In this document: piece by piece, positions 1 to 9,183 of the stretch
Position numbering within the stretch: the first letter of the stretch is position 1
How the letters are laid out: every line of letters begins with the position of its first letter
Virus record (IMG/VR): IMGVR_UViG_3300020385_000006
Span: 1-64,000 of that record
Reading direction: 5' to 3' (one strand)
Source of the DNA: an uncultured virus (IMG/VR IMGVR_UViG_3300020385_000006)
Lineage: Duplodnaviria > Heunggongvirae > Uroviricota > Caudoviricetes
DNA: 64,000 nt
The notes under the pieces: model-generated
What the model saw: only the letters and a program-made list of their open reading frames with translations
What the model was told of the DNA's origin: nothing
Database searches by the model: none
Program-made: the position numbers and the translations under genes

Positions 1-49
1 AAATAATTCTCTTTGGTCATATCTCTAACTTCTAATAATTAATAATACT

Positions 50-81
50 TAAATATAAGAAGAATATTTCAATCTACCAAA
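50..81 (-). promoter_or_regulatory. Bacteroidota sigmaA-type promoter (TTTG-N20-TATATTTA) for a gene starting at 20 and running off the left edge
   Basis: Minus strand reads TTTG gtagattgaaatattcttct TATATTTA, with an upstream AAAAAAGCTGTAAAAAGC tract. The same motif recurs about 17 times in intergenic gaps. Confidence 0.75.
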
Positions 82-379
82 GCTTTTTACAGCTTTTTTA
101 CAACTTTTTTCCGGGAAAGGTTATATAGAAAATACTTTGCCTTTCGGGATATATTTATATACACTCCCAACCTATCCTCCTATATACTAGCTCTGCATCG
201 ATCCGCTAACAAACCCTATGCGTTATCCTGGATCTATATTATAGGACGAAAGGCATATGCGGTTCGTATACAAGGGTGGTATAGGATGAATGCTCTATTA
301 ATAGGATACTATGTACTAGGTGCAAATGGTCTCTTTGTTCGGTTTATTAGGGTGATTGAGCGTAGCGATACTCATCGAG

Positions 380-655
380 TTAATCCAGCTTAATAAGTAT
401 AGCATCTATCAGATCCTTAATGCTATCCATATCTGCTTTGGTTACTGCATCTATGCGGTATAGCGAATCCATCTTTCTCTGCTCCAAGGGTGTAGGTGTC
501 CATTCATATGCGTACTCGTGCATAGCGGTTGGTGGTATAGCCTCTTCTGGTATACTGCTCTTTCCTATAGCTATGCTTATGGTTAGGCTTACCACCATAG
601 CTATCAATGCTATCATAGCTATTCGAGCTGATGTTTCATATTGTTGCTTTCTCAT
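380..655 (-). CDS. hypothetical protein with N-terminal TM/signal anchor
   Basis: ORF track 91 aa; hydrophobic stretch IAMIALIAMVVSLTISIAI. Confidence 0.6.
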   Translation of the reverse strand: MRKQQYETSARIAMIALIAMVVSLTISIAIGKSSIPEEAIPPTAMHEYAYEWTPTPLEQRKMDSLYRIDAVTKADMDSIKDLIDAILIKLD

Positions 656-675
656 ATGCTTGCTTCTCTTATATA

Positions 676-1068
676 TTATTGTTCTTCTTTATTCCGTTTA
701 CCAATATTCAAATTAGGAAAGCATTTGGCTTGCCATTCTTCATTCAATGGTTCCTCCGTAGGAGTCGTTAATATGTCTGCTACTTCCGATATCGGTACAT
801 ACCATTTACCATTCAAGTTAATCTTACGTTCCGATTGCCATAGCGTACGCATTGCAAGTGCCGTATCCTCTGGCGGGGTTGCCCACTTCTTCTCATGTTC
901 ACTACGGAACGATGGTGGTAGTGGCTGTTCTTCCGGCGCATCCGTTACGCGTGGAGCTACTTCGTTTCGCAAAAGAAACTGGCTCGCATGCATTTCTTGC
1001 ATTGTGCGCGCATCTTTATCACTTACTTCTCGCATACTTCTCCATGCTGCTGATTTCTCTTTACTCAT
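676..1068 (-). CDS. hypothetical protein
   Basis: ORF track 130 aa, packed against neighbours on the minus strand. Confidence 0.6.
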   Translation of the reverse strand: MSKEKSAAWRSMREVSDKDARTMQEMHASQFLLRNEVAPRVTDAPEEQPLPPSFRSEHEKKWATPPEDTALAMRTLWQSERKINLNGKWYVPISEVADILTTPTEEPLNEEWQAKCFPNLNIGKRNKEEQ

Positions 1069-1240
1069 CTTCGACCTTTTCTAATTGTGTTTCATTAAAT
1101 ATATGTAACAACCCATACTCCGTCATTTCACCTACCACTCGCGTATTGCCGGCAAGTGTTTCAAATACTCCTACTATGGTGCATGGAAATGCATAACCTT
1201 TCGGTTTAATGGCTTTATCGCCTACTTCGAATTTACTCAT
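1061..1240 (-). CDS. small SH3/KOW-like hypothetical protein (start revised to MSKFEVGDK)
   Basis: KFEVGDKAIKPKGY pattern; revised start overlaps the stop of the ORF at 1233-1355. Confidence 0.6.
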   Translation of the reverse strand: MSKFEVGDKAIKPKGYAFPCTIVGVFETLAGNTRVVGEMTEYGLLHIFNETQLEKVEDE

Positions 1241-1355
1241 CTGTAACCTTTTTTTGTTTATGTTTGCTTTTGCGTGTATACTTTTTTCTGTTCCGTTCAA
1301 TGGTAGGACGCGAGGCATCCCATATGTCTTGTTGTTCTATCTTAACTTTCTTCAT
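1233..1355 (-). CDS. 40-aa basic peptide (MKKVKIEQQDIWDASRPTIERNRKKYTRKSKHKQKKVTDE), not in ORF track
   Basis: Translated by hand; fills the gap and overlaps the next start codon. Confidence 0.6.
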   Translation of the reverse strand: MKKVKIEQQDIWDASRPTIERNRKKYTRKSKHKQKKVTDE

Positions 1356-1401
1356 AATCTCTTCATGCGAGCTTTTCGCGAGCTCAAACCGGAGGCCACA
1401 C

Positions 1402-1884
1402 TTATAACCGCCTCACTCTCCATAACCGCCTCACGTAACTCAAATGGAACACACTAATCAATACGGCCTGGATCGCTTCAAACCAGAACACTCCTCCTGG
1501 TATTACTAATAATATGTACCATGTCACTGATATATCTCCTAACCAATCAAACCTTTTATCCGTACGCATTAGATACGTAGATGATAAGAAGAATATGATT
1601 GCCAATATATTATGCAGCATCCAATAGTCTACACAATCAAATAATGCTACACCTACCAATGCATATGCAGGTACACTCCATTTAATATCTCTATGCAACC
1701 ACATTGCCCAGGCCATCATTGATGTTGCTAATGTGAAATATATTCCTCCAAACACATAGTAATTACTATAGGCAGGAAGTATACCGTATACTAATGGCCA
1801 TATTAGCACATATGCTATTGGATAAATACATGCTATAAATCTGAGCCTTAATTGGCTTTTGCTTGCTGTTGTAATTTTTTCCAT
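1402..1884 (-). CDS. polytopic membrane protein
   Basis: 160 aa with several hydrophobic segments. Confidence 0.7.
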   Translation of the reverse strand: MEKITTASKSQLRLRFIACIYPIAYVLIWPLVYGILPAYSNYYVFGGIYFTLATSMMAWAMWLHRDIKWSVPAYALVGVALFDCVDYWMLHNILAIIFFLSSTYLMRTDKRFDWLGDISVTWYILLVIPGGVFWFEAIQAVLISVFHLSYVRRLWRVRRL

Positions 1885-1885
1885 G

Positions 1886-2161
1886 CTAATCCTCTACTCC
1901 ATAACCTTCGTCATATGATTTTGGCGTATCACTAGTGTAATAATTATCATCTTGCATTCCGGAGTAGTTAATAAACCTCATATGGTCTCTTGTAACGTAA
2001 TGTTCAGGCTGATTATCCCTTAATCGTATGAAGTTATCATATGATATTTGTATTTGCACTACATCTAATGCATTAGCTGGTTCTCTTAACCAGTACTGAA
2101 TAATTTCTCCTCGTTCAAGTAACTCTACATTAGTCTGCGTTACCCATACCATTACTTTCAT
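1886..2161 (-). CDS. hypothetical protein
   Basis: ORF track; operon-like packing. Confidence 0.65.
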   Translation of the reverse strand: MKVMVWVTQTNVELLERGEIIQYWLREPANALDVVQIQISYDNFIRLRDNQPEHYVTRDHMRFINYSGMQDDNYYTSDTPKSYDEGYGVED

Positions 2162-2379
2162 GAAAACTTCTCCTTAATTAATTTGCTTATCTTTTTTTCA
2201 ATAGCATTACTTTGATTACATTTACGCCAATTTTTATATCCATTATCGGCAAATTCAACTGCAATCTTTTTTGAATTATTACTGTACATAACTAGATACA
2301 TTTCACTATCGTATATTACTTCACAACATACATAATGTGTTCTATGATCTTTGTATTCTTTTTTTTCTGTTATGATCAT
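2158..2379 (-). CDS. hypothetical protein
   Basis: ORF track; ATGA overlaps on both sides. Confidence 0.65.
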   Translation of the reverse strand: MIITEKKEYKDHRTHYVCCEVIYDSEMYLVMYSNNSKKIAVEFADNGYKNWRKCNQSNAIEKKISKLIKEKFS

Positions 2380-2900
2380 TTCTTATCCTCCATATGCAAA
2401 TACTTTAAGTAACGTTTATTCATATTATCATAGTACTTAGTCTTTGCTAATACTTTATGTGCTGTATTTAATGCCTCTCTAGTAGCTATATTAATTAAGA
2501 AGTAAGGAGCATGACTTCTAGCATTGAATCCGTTTATATCTAATTCATCATTAGGATTGAAACAAATACATTTCAAATGCGGATATCCATGTTCTTTCAT
2601 TGTCTTATTAATATAATCTTGATAGCCTACTGTATCAAATTTTGATAATTGGTCATTAGATACCTGTACAAATAATGCGCTATCATATTCTGATTCATCA
2701 TAGGCCTTCACCTTGTCTAGTAATGTATCTGCATTAGGATCAAACTTATCAATCATCAACTTACCTTTATCTAATTCAGATCCAGCAAATGGACATGCTG
2801 GCATGCCTCCATATTCTTCTCTAGGCATTCTTATAAAATCAATGTACTTTAAAACCTTTTCTTTGAAATTTGTATAAGGGCATTTACTCATACTATTCAA
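2376..2900 (-). CDS. hypothetical protein, DUF1415-like
   Basis: CPFA motif, FNPND and APY motifs. Confidence 0.5.
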   Translation of the reverse strand: MNSMSKCPYTNFKEKVLKYIDFIRMPREEYGGMPACPFAGSELDKGKLMIDKFDPNADTLLDKVKAYDESEYDSALFVQVSNDQLSKFDTVGYQDYINKTMKEHGYPHLKCICFNPNDELDINGFNARSHAPYFLINIATREALNTAHKVLAKTKYYDNMNKRYLKYLHMEDKK

Positions 2901-3411
2901 TAATAAATTTTAAAGTTTTTACTTCACTAACATGGCCATCTACAAATCTAGCTAGAGCTGAAACGGTAACAGTATCGCCTTCCATACTTTGTACTGGAGC
3001 AAACATTGTATTAATCTCACCATCCATTGTACTATAACTTGCACCATTCACTGTCGGTACTTCAGCTCCATTGAACCAGGTAACATAACTAGTATCGTTA
3101 TTCATATATAAATATCCGTTATCATTCAATGTCCAGTTCTGGTGAACGATATAACCTAATGTATCACCTATCAACCAGTAATGAGAACTTGACCATTCAA
3201 TCTTAGCCAACTCATATTCATTTTCTACTGCAGATACTTGACCTGATATACGATGTAATGTTTGCCAATCATATCCTAACTCCAAATGATAATAACCATT
3301 CTCATCAGCTGGTAGTTGAGCATCTAACTCGAACTCATGTCCTATAGGTATGATCTGCTCCTCAGAGCATGACGCTAATATGATACAACTTATAAACAAC
3401 AACTTTTTCAT
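2893..3411 (-). CDS. putative lipoprotein
   Basis: MKKLLFISCIILASC: signal peptide with lipobox LASC. Confidence 0.7.
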   Translation of the reverse strand: MKKLLFISCIILASCSEEQIIPIGHEFELDAQLPADENGYYHLELGYDWQTLHRISGQVSAVENEYELAKIEWSSSHYWLIGDTLGYIVHQNWTLNDNGYLYMNNDTSYVTWFNGAEVPTVNGASYSTMDGEINTMFAPVQSMEGDTVTVSALARFVDGHVSEVKTLKFIIE

Positions 3412-3436
3412 AACTTCAAGCTTTAATTAATATACT

Positions 3437-3468
3437 TAAATTTAAGAAAAATATATCAATTTACCAAA
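3437..3468 (-). promoter_or_regulatory. Bacteroidota sigmaA-type promoter
   Basis: TTTG-N20-TAAATTTA upstream of the 3411 start. Confidence 0.7.
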
Positions 3469-3472
3469 TGAT

Positions 3473-3574
3473 CTACTGGTTATTTTTCTTATGCTCATAC
3501 CTTATCGCTTCTACCATAACATAGGCTATTACAACCAATGGTACTGCTACTGCAAATATTATTTCCATATTCAT
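3473..3574 (-). CDS. 33-aa single-TM peptide (MNMEIIFAVAVPLVVIAYVMVEAIRYEHKKNNQ), not in ORF track
   Basis: Translated by hand; begins 2 nt after the upstream stop. Confidence 0.55.
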   Translation of the reverse strand: MNMEIIFAVAVPLVVIAYVMVEAIRYEHKKNNQ

Positions 3575-3576
3575 AA

Positions 3577-3786
3577 CTAACTCTTCTTATTATTTTTAGT
3601 ATATTTAAGATGTAATCCAGATAACTGTGCCGTTTGTTTAGCACCGATCACATCTCCTTTCATTTTAAAATACTCATCTATACCATCAGCGGTACTGATT
3701 AAGTTTTGATAATACTCTTGTCGAAGGACTGCTTCCTTACGACGCTCTTCTCTACGAGCTGGATTGTCTGGTTTCCATCTTGCCAT
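3577..3786 (-). CDS. hypothetical protein
   Basis: ORF track 69 aa. Confidence 0.65.
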   Translation of the reverse strand: MARWKPDNPARREERRKEAVLRQEYYQNLISTADGIDEYFKMKGDVIGAKQTAQLSGLHLKYTKNNKKS

Positions 3787-3792
3787 AACTAC

Positions 3793-4059
3793 TTATTTTA
3801 TATTACTTACTTGAATAAATTCTTTATCAACTTTAGATACTTTATGCTGTCCTGCAATACCTTTAAGGATTGTATACTTAGTCCGGATCTCTCCTAAACG
3901 TTTTGCTACCTCCGTACGGTCTTTGCAGTTATAAGATATCACATTGTGTATCTTTTGCTTTACTTCTTCAACCCATTTACCGCTAGCGTTCTTAATCTTT
4001 CTACCGGTTCTTACCTCTGCACGAGGCACATCTGTTACATGTACTGTAAGTCTATACAT
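3793..4059 (-). CDS. hypothetical basic protein
   Basis: ORF track 88 aa. Confidence 0.65.
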   Translation of the reverse strand: MYRLTVHVTDVPRAEVRTGRKIKNASGKWVEEVKQKIHNVISYNCKDRTEVAKRLGEIRTKYTILKGIAGQHKVSKVDKEFIQVSNIK

Positions 4060-4078
4060 ACTCTTTATCTTTATTTAA

Positions 4079-4420
4079 TTAACTACTTATTCTGTCTTCT
4101 GATTCAAATAACATAACATCGAATATCATATCAAGCCATGGCCTAGGATATCTACAAGTCCCACCACCACTATTTCCTTTGGCATGCCAATCCGAATTGT
4201 GTCCCGGAGGATGAATATATCTCTTTACTTGTACTCCATGACGCCTAGCTTCATTGTAAACATGTTTAGATACTTTCATTGTAGCCGGCTTTCCATCCAA
4301 GTACTCGTATAAGCTGAGATACTCTACTGTACCGGTCCACCATCCTTTATCACTATACACATCGTATATCATTTTAGGATTATCTGTATTTACTTTTTTA
4401 CCTTCCTTAGTTACAAACAT
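4079..4420 (-). CDS. hypothetical protein
   Basis: ORF track 113 aa. Confidence 0.65.
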   Translation of the reverse strand: MFVTKEGKKVNTDNPKMIYDVYSDKGWWTGTVEYLSLYEYLDGKPATMKVSKHVYNEARRHGVQVKRYIHPPGHNSDWHAKGNSGGGTCRYPRPWLDMIFDVMLFESEDRISS

Positions 4421-4421
4421 A

Positions 4422-6476
4422 TTATGCTACTTCTAAAAATTTACTATTCATTGTCTTAGCCACTTCCGCAATCTTCGAAGTATCAATAAATTGAGCTTCT
4501 TTACCATACATCTTCTGGAAGTTTTCTTTATCACTACCATATGGAGAACCGGAACAAATGAAGTATGATATAACTTTGATACCTTCTCTAACCATTTTCT
4601 TCACTTGCGCTCTTGTATGATTATAAGCTCCTTCTCCATAGTAACCTTCAAAGTATGGACAACCATCACTCATGTTTACAAAATATGCATCCTTACCACG
4701 GCTGGCATCTAATATATCTTTCATGATAGCATCAAAACATAATCCTTCTGGAGTACTACCTGATACGCATAACATTGGAAAACATGTTTTGATTTGCGTC
4801 ATACCATGCTTTCTACTATCATATGCAACTAACATAACTGCCTTACCATATCCTCTAGTATCACCAAATGATGATCCGGCTCTCAAGCTAATCACACAAT
4901 CCATATTCTCAATCATATCACATGCCTTCGCAATTGCAATTGCGGTCGTCATTGCATTCTGGAAATTACCTCCGCTCATGGATCCACTATTGTCAATTGA
5001 TATATGAATGATACCAGGATTATAAGCAAATGATTCTATCTTTTCAAATATAGCTTCTGCACCAAAACCTGCATTGGCAATCATTCGTTTATCAATTCTA
5101 CCAGATCGAAGACGATTGAACTTTGTATTACGCTCTTCAGATCTAACTTTAAGCTTCTTACCTAACATGATACCTTTACGCATACCATCCTTAACGGCTT
5201 TGCTATTATCTTTCCAAGATGACCACATTCCACTTTCAACTGTTTCCATTAATCTTTTAGTAAGATTCTTAATAACAGTTACACTAGCTGTCTTACGATA
5301 ATATGTACCTGCATATCTTTCTTGTTCATACTCAACATCTTTAACTTCAACACCACTCTCTTCCATGGCCTGGATCTGTTCTAACAACTTTCTACTAACA
5401 CCTGTCTTCTTAACTTCTCCTTTCTGGAACTTCTTTTGCTTCTCAATAGCCTTTTCTAATTGAGACTTTAAACGATCGCTTAACAAATCTAAGTCCTGAG
5501 GCATTTCATTGTTACCTTCTTCATCACCTTGGCCTTTCATAGCCTCATCTCCTTCTGCTATAGATCCATCATCTTCTTGCATGCTACCGCCATCATCAAA
5601 CTTCTCACCTTTCTTCTCACGCTTGTTTTTAGAAACAATATCTTCTGGAGATCCTTCACCATCTTCTGCTTTAGGTTCATTAACTTCTGGCTTCTTCATA
5701 GCCGGAATATGTTGCTCGCAACAATTAAATAAATCCCAAGCTAATTCTAAGGCGTCTTGAGTACTTTTAAGACGACTAATATTCTTAAGATCGATTAACT
5801 TCCATATGAAAGCCATATTCATTACATCTAATCTACGATTTGGATTAGTTAAGTTAACAATACGGAACATATATGAATCCCAATCATATGAAGTATACTC
5901 ATCAGACTTCAAACCTTTATCAATAACTTTAGCATTGAAATACTTATCATACAATGATGCATAATAACCTTGGTAACCTGGAGCATTTTTATATACCCAA
6001 GCATCTATTCTACGATCCTCTATCACATTCAAAAGATCTTTTAAGATAGGCTTAACATAATCACTTGCTTGCCATCTAGATTCGATGGTCTCATGCTTCT
6101 CAGCCAATGTCTCCATTACCTGGTCATGTCGTTGAATCCAATTATCTAATTGGTGCAACACTTCAAAATCAGTTAACTTAACATGCGATCCTTCATGTAA
6201 TGCTAATCCTACAGCTGGATCAAAATCTTTATCCTTAAGGCTGGCTGATATAGTAACTACATCACCATCCGTATAACTATCACCGGATTGGGTGTAACGA
6301 ACTGGAATGTCTTTACCAGTTACAATTCTTACAAAGTTACCAATAGCTCTACGGTAACCTGCTAACTTCATTGGATCTTTACCTTTAGGTTTAAAAGGTA
6401 ACAAACCCGTTAGGATATCACGATCATCATCGTAAAAATCTTCTCCTAACCAATAACTCGAATTATTATGCTTCAT
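4422..6476 (-). CDS. VWA-domain protein with N-terminal HExxH metallopeptidase-like domain (CobT-like partner of MoxR ATPase)
   Basis: HEGSH and NVIEDRRID; acidic linker; MIDAS DNSGSMS, then STPEG and SDG. Confidence 0.85.
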   Translation of the reverse strand: MKHNNSSYWLGEDFYDDDRDILTGLLPFKPKGKDPMKLAGYRRAIGNFVRIVTGKDIPVRYTQSGDSYTDGDVVTISASLKDKDFDPAVGLALHEGSHVKLTDFEVLHQLDNWIQRHDQVMETLAEKHETIESRWQASDYVKPILKDLLNVIEDRRIDAWVYKNAPGYQGYYASLYDKYFNAKVIDKGLKSDEYTSYDWDSYMFRIVNLTNPNRRLDVMNMAFIWKLIDLKNISRLKSTQDALELAWDLFNCCEQHIPAMKKPEVNEPKAEDGEGSPEDIVSKNKREKKGEKFDDGGSMQEDDGSIAEGDEAMKGQGDEEGNNEMPQDLDLLSDRLKSQLEKAIEKQKKFQKGEVKKTGVSRKLLEQIQAMEESGVEVKDVEYEQERYAGTYYRKTASVTVIKNLTKRLMETVESGMWSSWKDNSKAVKDGMRKGIMLGKKLKVRSEERNTKFNRLRSGRIDKRMIANAGFGAEAIFEKIESFAYNPGIIHISIDNSGSMSGGNFQNAMTTAIAIAKACDMIENMDCVISLRAGSSFGDTRGYGKAVMLVAYDSRKHGMTQIKTCFPMLCVSGSTPEGLCFDAIMKDILDASRGKDAYFVNMSDGCPYFEGYYGEGAYNHTRAQVKKMVREGIKVISYFICSGSPYGSDKENFQKMYGKEAQFIDTSKIAEVAKTMNSKFLEVA

Positions 6477-6497
6477 ATCTAACTTTTTAATTATAAT

Positions 6498-6529
6498 TAA
6501 AAATAAGTAAAAAATCTCATTCTACCAAA
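6498..6529 (-). promoter_or_regulatory. Bacteroidota sigmaA-type promoter
   Basis: TTTG-N20-TATTTTTA with upstream AAAAAAAGCTGCCAAAAGA. Confidence 0.75.
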
Positions 6530-6548
6530 TCTTTTGGCAGCTTTTTTT

Positions 6549-6623
6549 AAAAAAGTTTACGGAGGACTTATATCTATTGCATGCGGTTTAATTAAAATCC
6601 GGTCATGAACGCCTCCCTAAACT
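6549..6623 (-). terminator. branched stem-loop followed by U-tract (terminator or small structured RNA)
   Basis: AGTTTAgGGAGG pairs with CCTCCgTAAACT; inner CATG/CGG/TTT stem; then TTTTTT. Confidence 0.4.
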
Positions 6624-6639
6624 CTACCAAAGAATATTA

Positions 6640-7809
6640 TTATGCCATTTCATCTACATCAACACCTTCTGTATTGAATTGGTCTTCTGATTCGGTACTA
6701 CCAACAAACTTTTGTACCACTTGCTTCATAAAGGTTCTTTCAGAATCAACGCCACCATCTTCATCAAAGAATGGATAGATACAAACTTCGGCTGCTTCAG
6801 CTAATGTAAAACCATCTTCTAACAATCCGGCTAACTCTACACTGATACGAGTACTAATTGCATTTGATACTCTAGGTGCATCATTCTTAACTTCTGATCT
6901 GGTCATGGAAGCTATCTCTGCAATTGCATCTACCTGCTCTTGCGTTACACCTGGATGAAGATCCTTAAGCAATGCTGCCTCTTGGTCTTTATTCAATGTA
7001 TCCATTTCAACAATAATGAAACGATCAACTAATGCTCTATCCATTGCTCTAGTCGCTGTATACTCATTACCAATATTAGCAGTGGCAACAAACGTTACAC
7101 CTTCGGCCACATCAATGGTTGGTGCATCTTCATGTTCATCTAGTCTCAAATATCTTTGACCTTGATCTAATACGGTCATCAATATATTCCAAGCTTCTGG
7201 ATGCGCTCTAGATATCTCATCTAACAATATAATAGAATCCTTAGTCTGGATCGCTTTAACAAATAACGATTCACTAAAGGTTGTACCTTCATCTTTCTTG
7301 AAATGCGTATTACCAATCAATGTACCTCTTGGATCTTGAGTAGCACCTAAATTGAAATAGAAATGCGGACGATCCAAAGCCTCTACCAATTTCTTAGCGG
7401 CCATCGTCTTACCACAACCGGCGGCTCCAGTCATCATAATGTTCTTACCACGCATAGCTGATCGAATCAAATACTTCCATTTAAGGTCTGGCATTACCAA
7501 TGTCTTAGGACGAAGGTCTACAGACTCATTATGGATAAAATTCAATACTGGATCAGCATTGATCATTTCAGAAGCTTTAACTTCTGGTTCAGATGGAGTA
7601 GGATTCACATCTGAAAATTCACTTAATGGTTTTCTCATACATCGACCAGTTTCGGTATCATACTTAAGACATTGACCATTAGCTAATGCTAAATCAACCA
7701 TGTCCTCTCTAACATAAATATCTGTTCTAACTGAATCTTCAACATCTCTTAACTCTGTAAATCCGTTAGAGTTTTTAACTGGCTTAAGGTAAACAAATTC
7801 TTTTTTCAT
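6640..7809 (-). CDS. MoxR/CbbQ/CobS-type AAA+ ATPase
   Basis: Walker A GAAGCGKT, Walker B LLDEISRA, ATANIG, MDRALVDRF, STR sensor. Confidence 0.9.
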   Translation of the reverse strand: MKKEFVYLKPVKNSNGFTELRDVEDSVRTDIYVREDMVDLALANGQCLKYDTETGRCMRKPLSEFSDVNPTPSEPEVKASEMINADPVLNFIHNESVDLRPKTLVMPDLKWKYLIRSAMRGKNIMMTGAAGCGKTMAAKKLVEALDRPHFYFNLGATQDPRGTLIGNTHFKKDEGTTFSESLFVKAIQTKDSIILLDEISRAHPEAWNILMTVLDQGQRYLRLDEHEDAPTIDVAEGVTFVATANIGNEYTATRAMDRALVDRFIIVEMDTLNKDQEAALLKDLHPGVTQEQVDAIAEIASMTRSEVKNDAPRVSNAISTRISVELAGLLEDGFTLAEAAEVCIYPFFDEDGGVDSERTFMKQVVQKFVGSTESEDQFNTEGVDVDEMA

Positions 7810-7846
7810 CTTTGGTATTTAATTAATAATCTTTTTATCTTCTATA

Positions 7847-7878
7847 TAAAAATAAGTAAAATAAGTCACGCTACCAAA
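7847..7878 (-). promoter_or_regulatory. Bacteroidota sigmaA-type promoter
   Basis: TTTG-N20-TATTTTTA with upstream AAAAAAAGCTACCAAAAGA. Confidence 0.75.
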
Positions 7879-7900
7879 TCTTTTGGTAGCTTTTTTTCAA

Positions 7901-8305
7901 CTATTTTACTTCCCAATATGGTACTAAATGAGGATCTGGTTGGTATCCTATTAACCCCATTGCCTGAGTCTTAACATATCCTTTATGGTGTAAATAATAC
8001 ATAGACTCATGTAATTGGAATCCAGGCATATTTACTATTGCTTTAATGGTTTCTTCTTTAATATCATCTATAGAAAACCCTTCACCATATCTGTAACCAG
8101 CTATCTCATGGGCCATATCACGGAGGCCATCTTCATCCATTGGTATTGCCATATTTGCATATGTCTTCTGGAATGCTGCTAATATTTGATCTTTAAGGTG
8201 TTCTTCGGTACGTTCATTATGATCATACATTTCCTTTGACCAAGGCTTAGTAATCTCAATTCCGTAAATAAATGTTTTTGGTTTTTGGTTCTTAGCTTTA
8301 AGCAT
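7901..8305 (-). CDS. hypothetical protein
   Basis: ORF track 134 aa; has its own promoter at 8337-8368. Confidence 0.7.
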   Translation of the reverse strand: MLKAKNQKPKTFIYGIEITKPWSKEMYDHNERTEEHLKDQILAAFQKTYANMAIPMDEDGLRDMAHEIAGYRYGEGFSIDDIKEETIKAIVNMPGFQLHESMYYLHHKGYVKTQAMGLIGYQPDPHLVPYWEVK

Positions 8306-8336
8306 ATCTCTCTATCTTTTAATTAATTAATATAAT

Positions 8337-8368
8337 TAAAGATAAGGAATATATTTCAATTAACCAAA
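8337..8368 (-). promoter_or_regulatory. Bacteroidota sigmaA-type promoter
   Basis: TTTG-N20-TATCTTTA. Confidence 0.7.
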
Positions 8369-8661
8369 TCTTTTCCTAGGAAAGTTTTAACTTTGTTTGT
8401 CAATGTTACTACTTTTTTACACATGTCATACTCTTCTGTAGCTTCGAAGTATTCGCGGACGCGGTCTAAATTGGTAAGCCATTCTTTTGATTCTATACGT
8501 AGTTCATAATCATCGTTAAGATGTGCAATGACTGGATCTGGTTCATATGTTAACATGGCCATTTCAATTGCTTCCATCGTGCTTATATTGATTGCATGCG
8601 CATGTTCATACATTTGTTCAATAAATTCTTGTTCTGATTCAAATTGTATATTTGGTACCAT
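8356..8661 (-). CDS. hypothetical protein with C-terminal UVR-like motif (start revised to MVPNIQFE)
   Basis: YFEATEEYDMCKKV resembles the UvrB/UvrC hairpin; TAATG coupling to the upstream gene. Confidence 0.6.
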   Translation of the reverse strand: MVPNIQFESEQEFIEQMYEHAHAINISTMEAIEMAMLTYEPDPVIAHLNDDYELRIESKEWLTNLDRVREYFEATEEYDMCKKVVTLTNKVKTFLGKDLVN

Positions 8662-9182
8662 TAATAATTGTTCCTCATTCGACCGCCTAATGGATTGCCT
8701 ACCTCTTGGTAGTAACAATTGTAACATAGTAGTCTTAAGTTTTCTCTTTTATGATTAGTACGATCCCCATCTATCCAATCTAGCAATAAAGGTACTGTAT
8801 AATCATTTACACGTCTTTCACAGTATCCGCAAGAGTCGCATTGCTCTTCCATAACAGCATTTTTAAGTAGACGTGGTTTCAATTTACTGTAAGGATAGTT
8901 AGGATATTTACCGTCTAGTATATCTAGTAAACCATAATGGCCACGCATGCGTGGCTTATGAGCACGTGATATTCCTTTACCAGCTTTATTCTTATGTAGT
9001 TCAAATAATGTTTTACCAGATTCTTCATCTTTATAAAGCTTTGCATACTTACGAAATGCTTCATATGATACTTTAAGGAAGCGAGCTGCCCCTGCACAGG
9101 ATTGAGTGTTCTCCATTGCATACCGAATCTCAGATTCTGATATGTTCATTGGTGGCCGGCCTTCTCCTGCTTTGTAAGGCAT
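8661..9182 (-). CDS. HTH + HNH-like zinc-binding protein
   Basis: SCAGAARFLKVSYEAFRKY (HTH); CDSC, DWIDGDRTNHKRENLRLLCYNC. Confidence 0.7.
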   Translation of the reverse strand: MPYKAGEGRPPMNISESEIRYAMENTQSCAGAARFLKVSYEAFRKYAKLYKDEESGKTLFELHKNKAGKGISRAHKPRMRGHYGLLDILDGKYPNYPYSKLKPRLLKNAVMEEQCDSCGYCERRVNDYTVPLLLDWIDGDRTNHKRENLRLLCYNCYYQEVGNPLGGRMRNNY

Positions 9183-9183
9183 A

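Noticed and set aside
255..275. GGTTCG as a tRNA T-loop
   Set aside because: No cloverleaf, acceptor stem or complete T-arm around it; no tRNA recognised in the window.
1404..1434. Direct repeat ATAACCGCCTCAC twice
   Set aside because: Short in-frame duplication (VRRL-WR-VRRL) at a gene end; no sign of an attachment site or mobile element.
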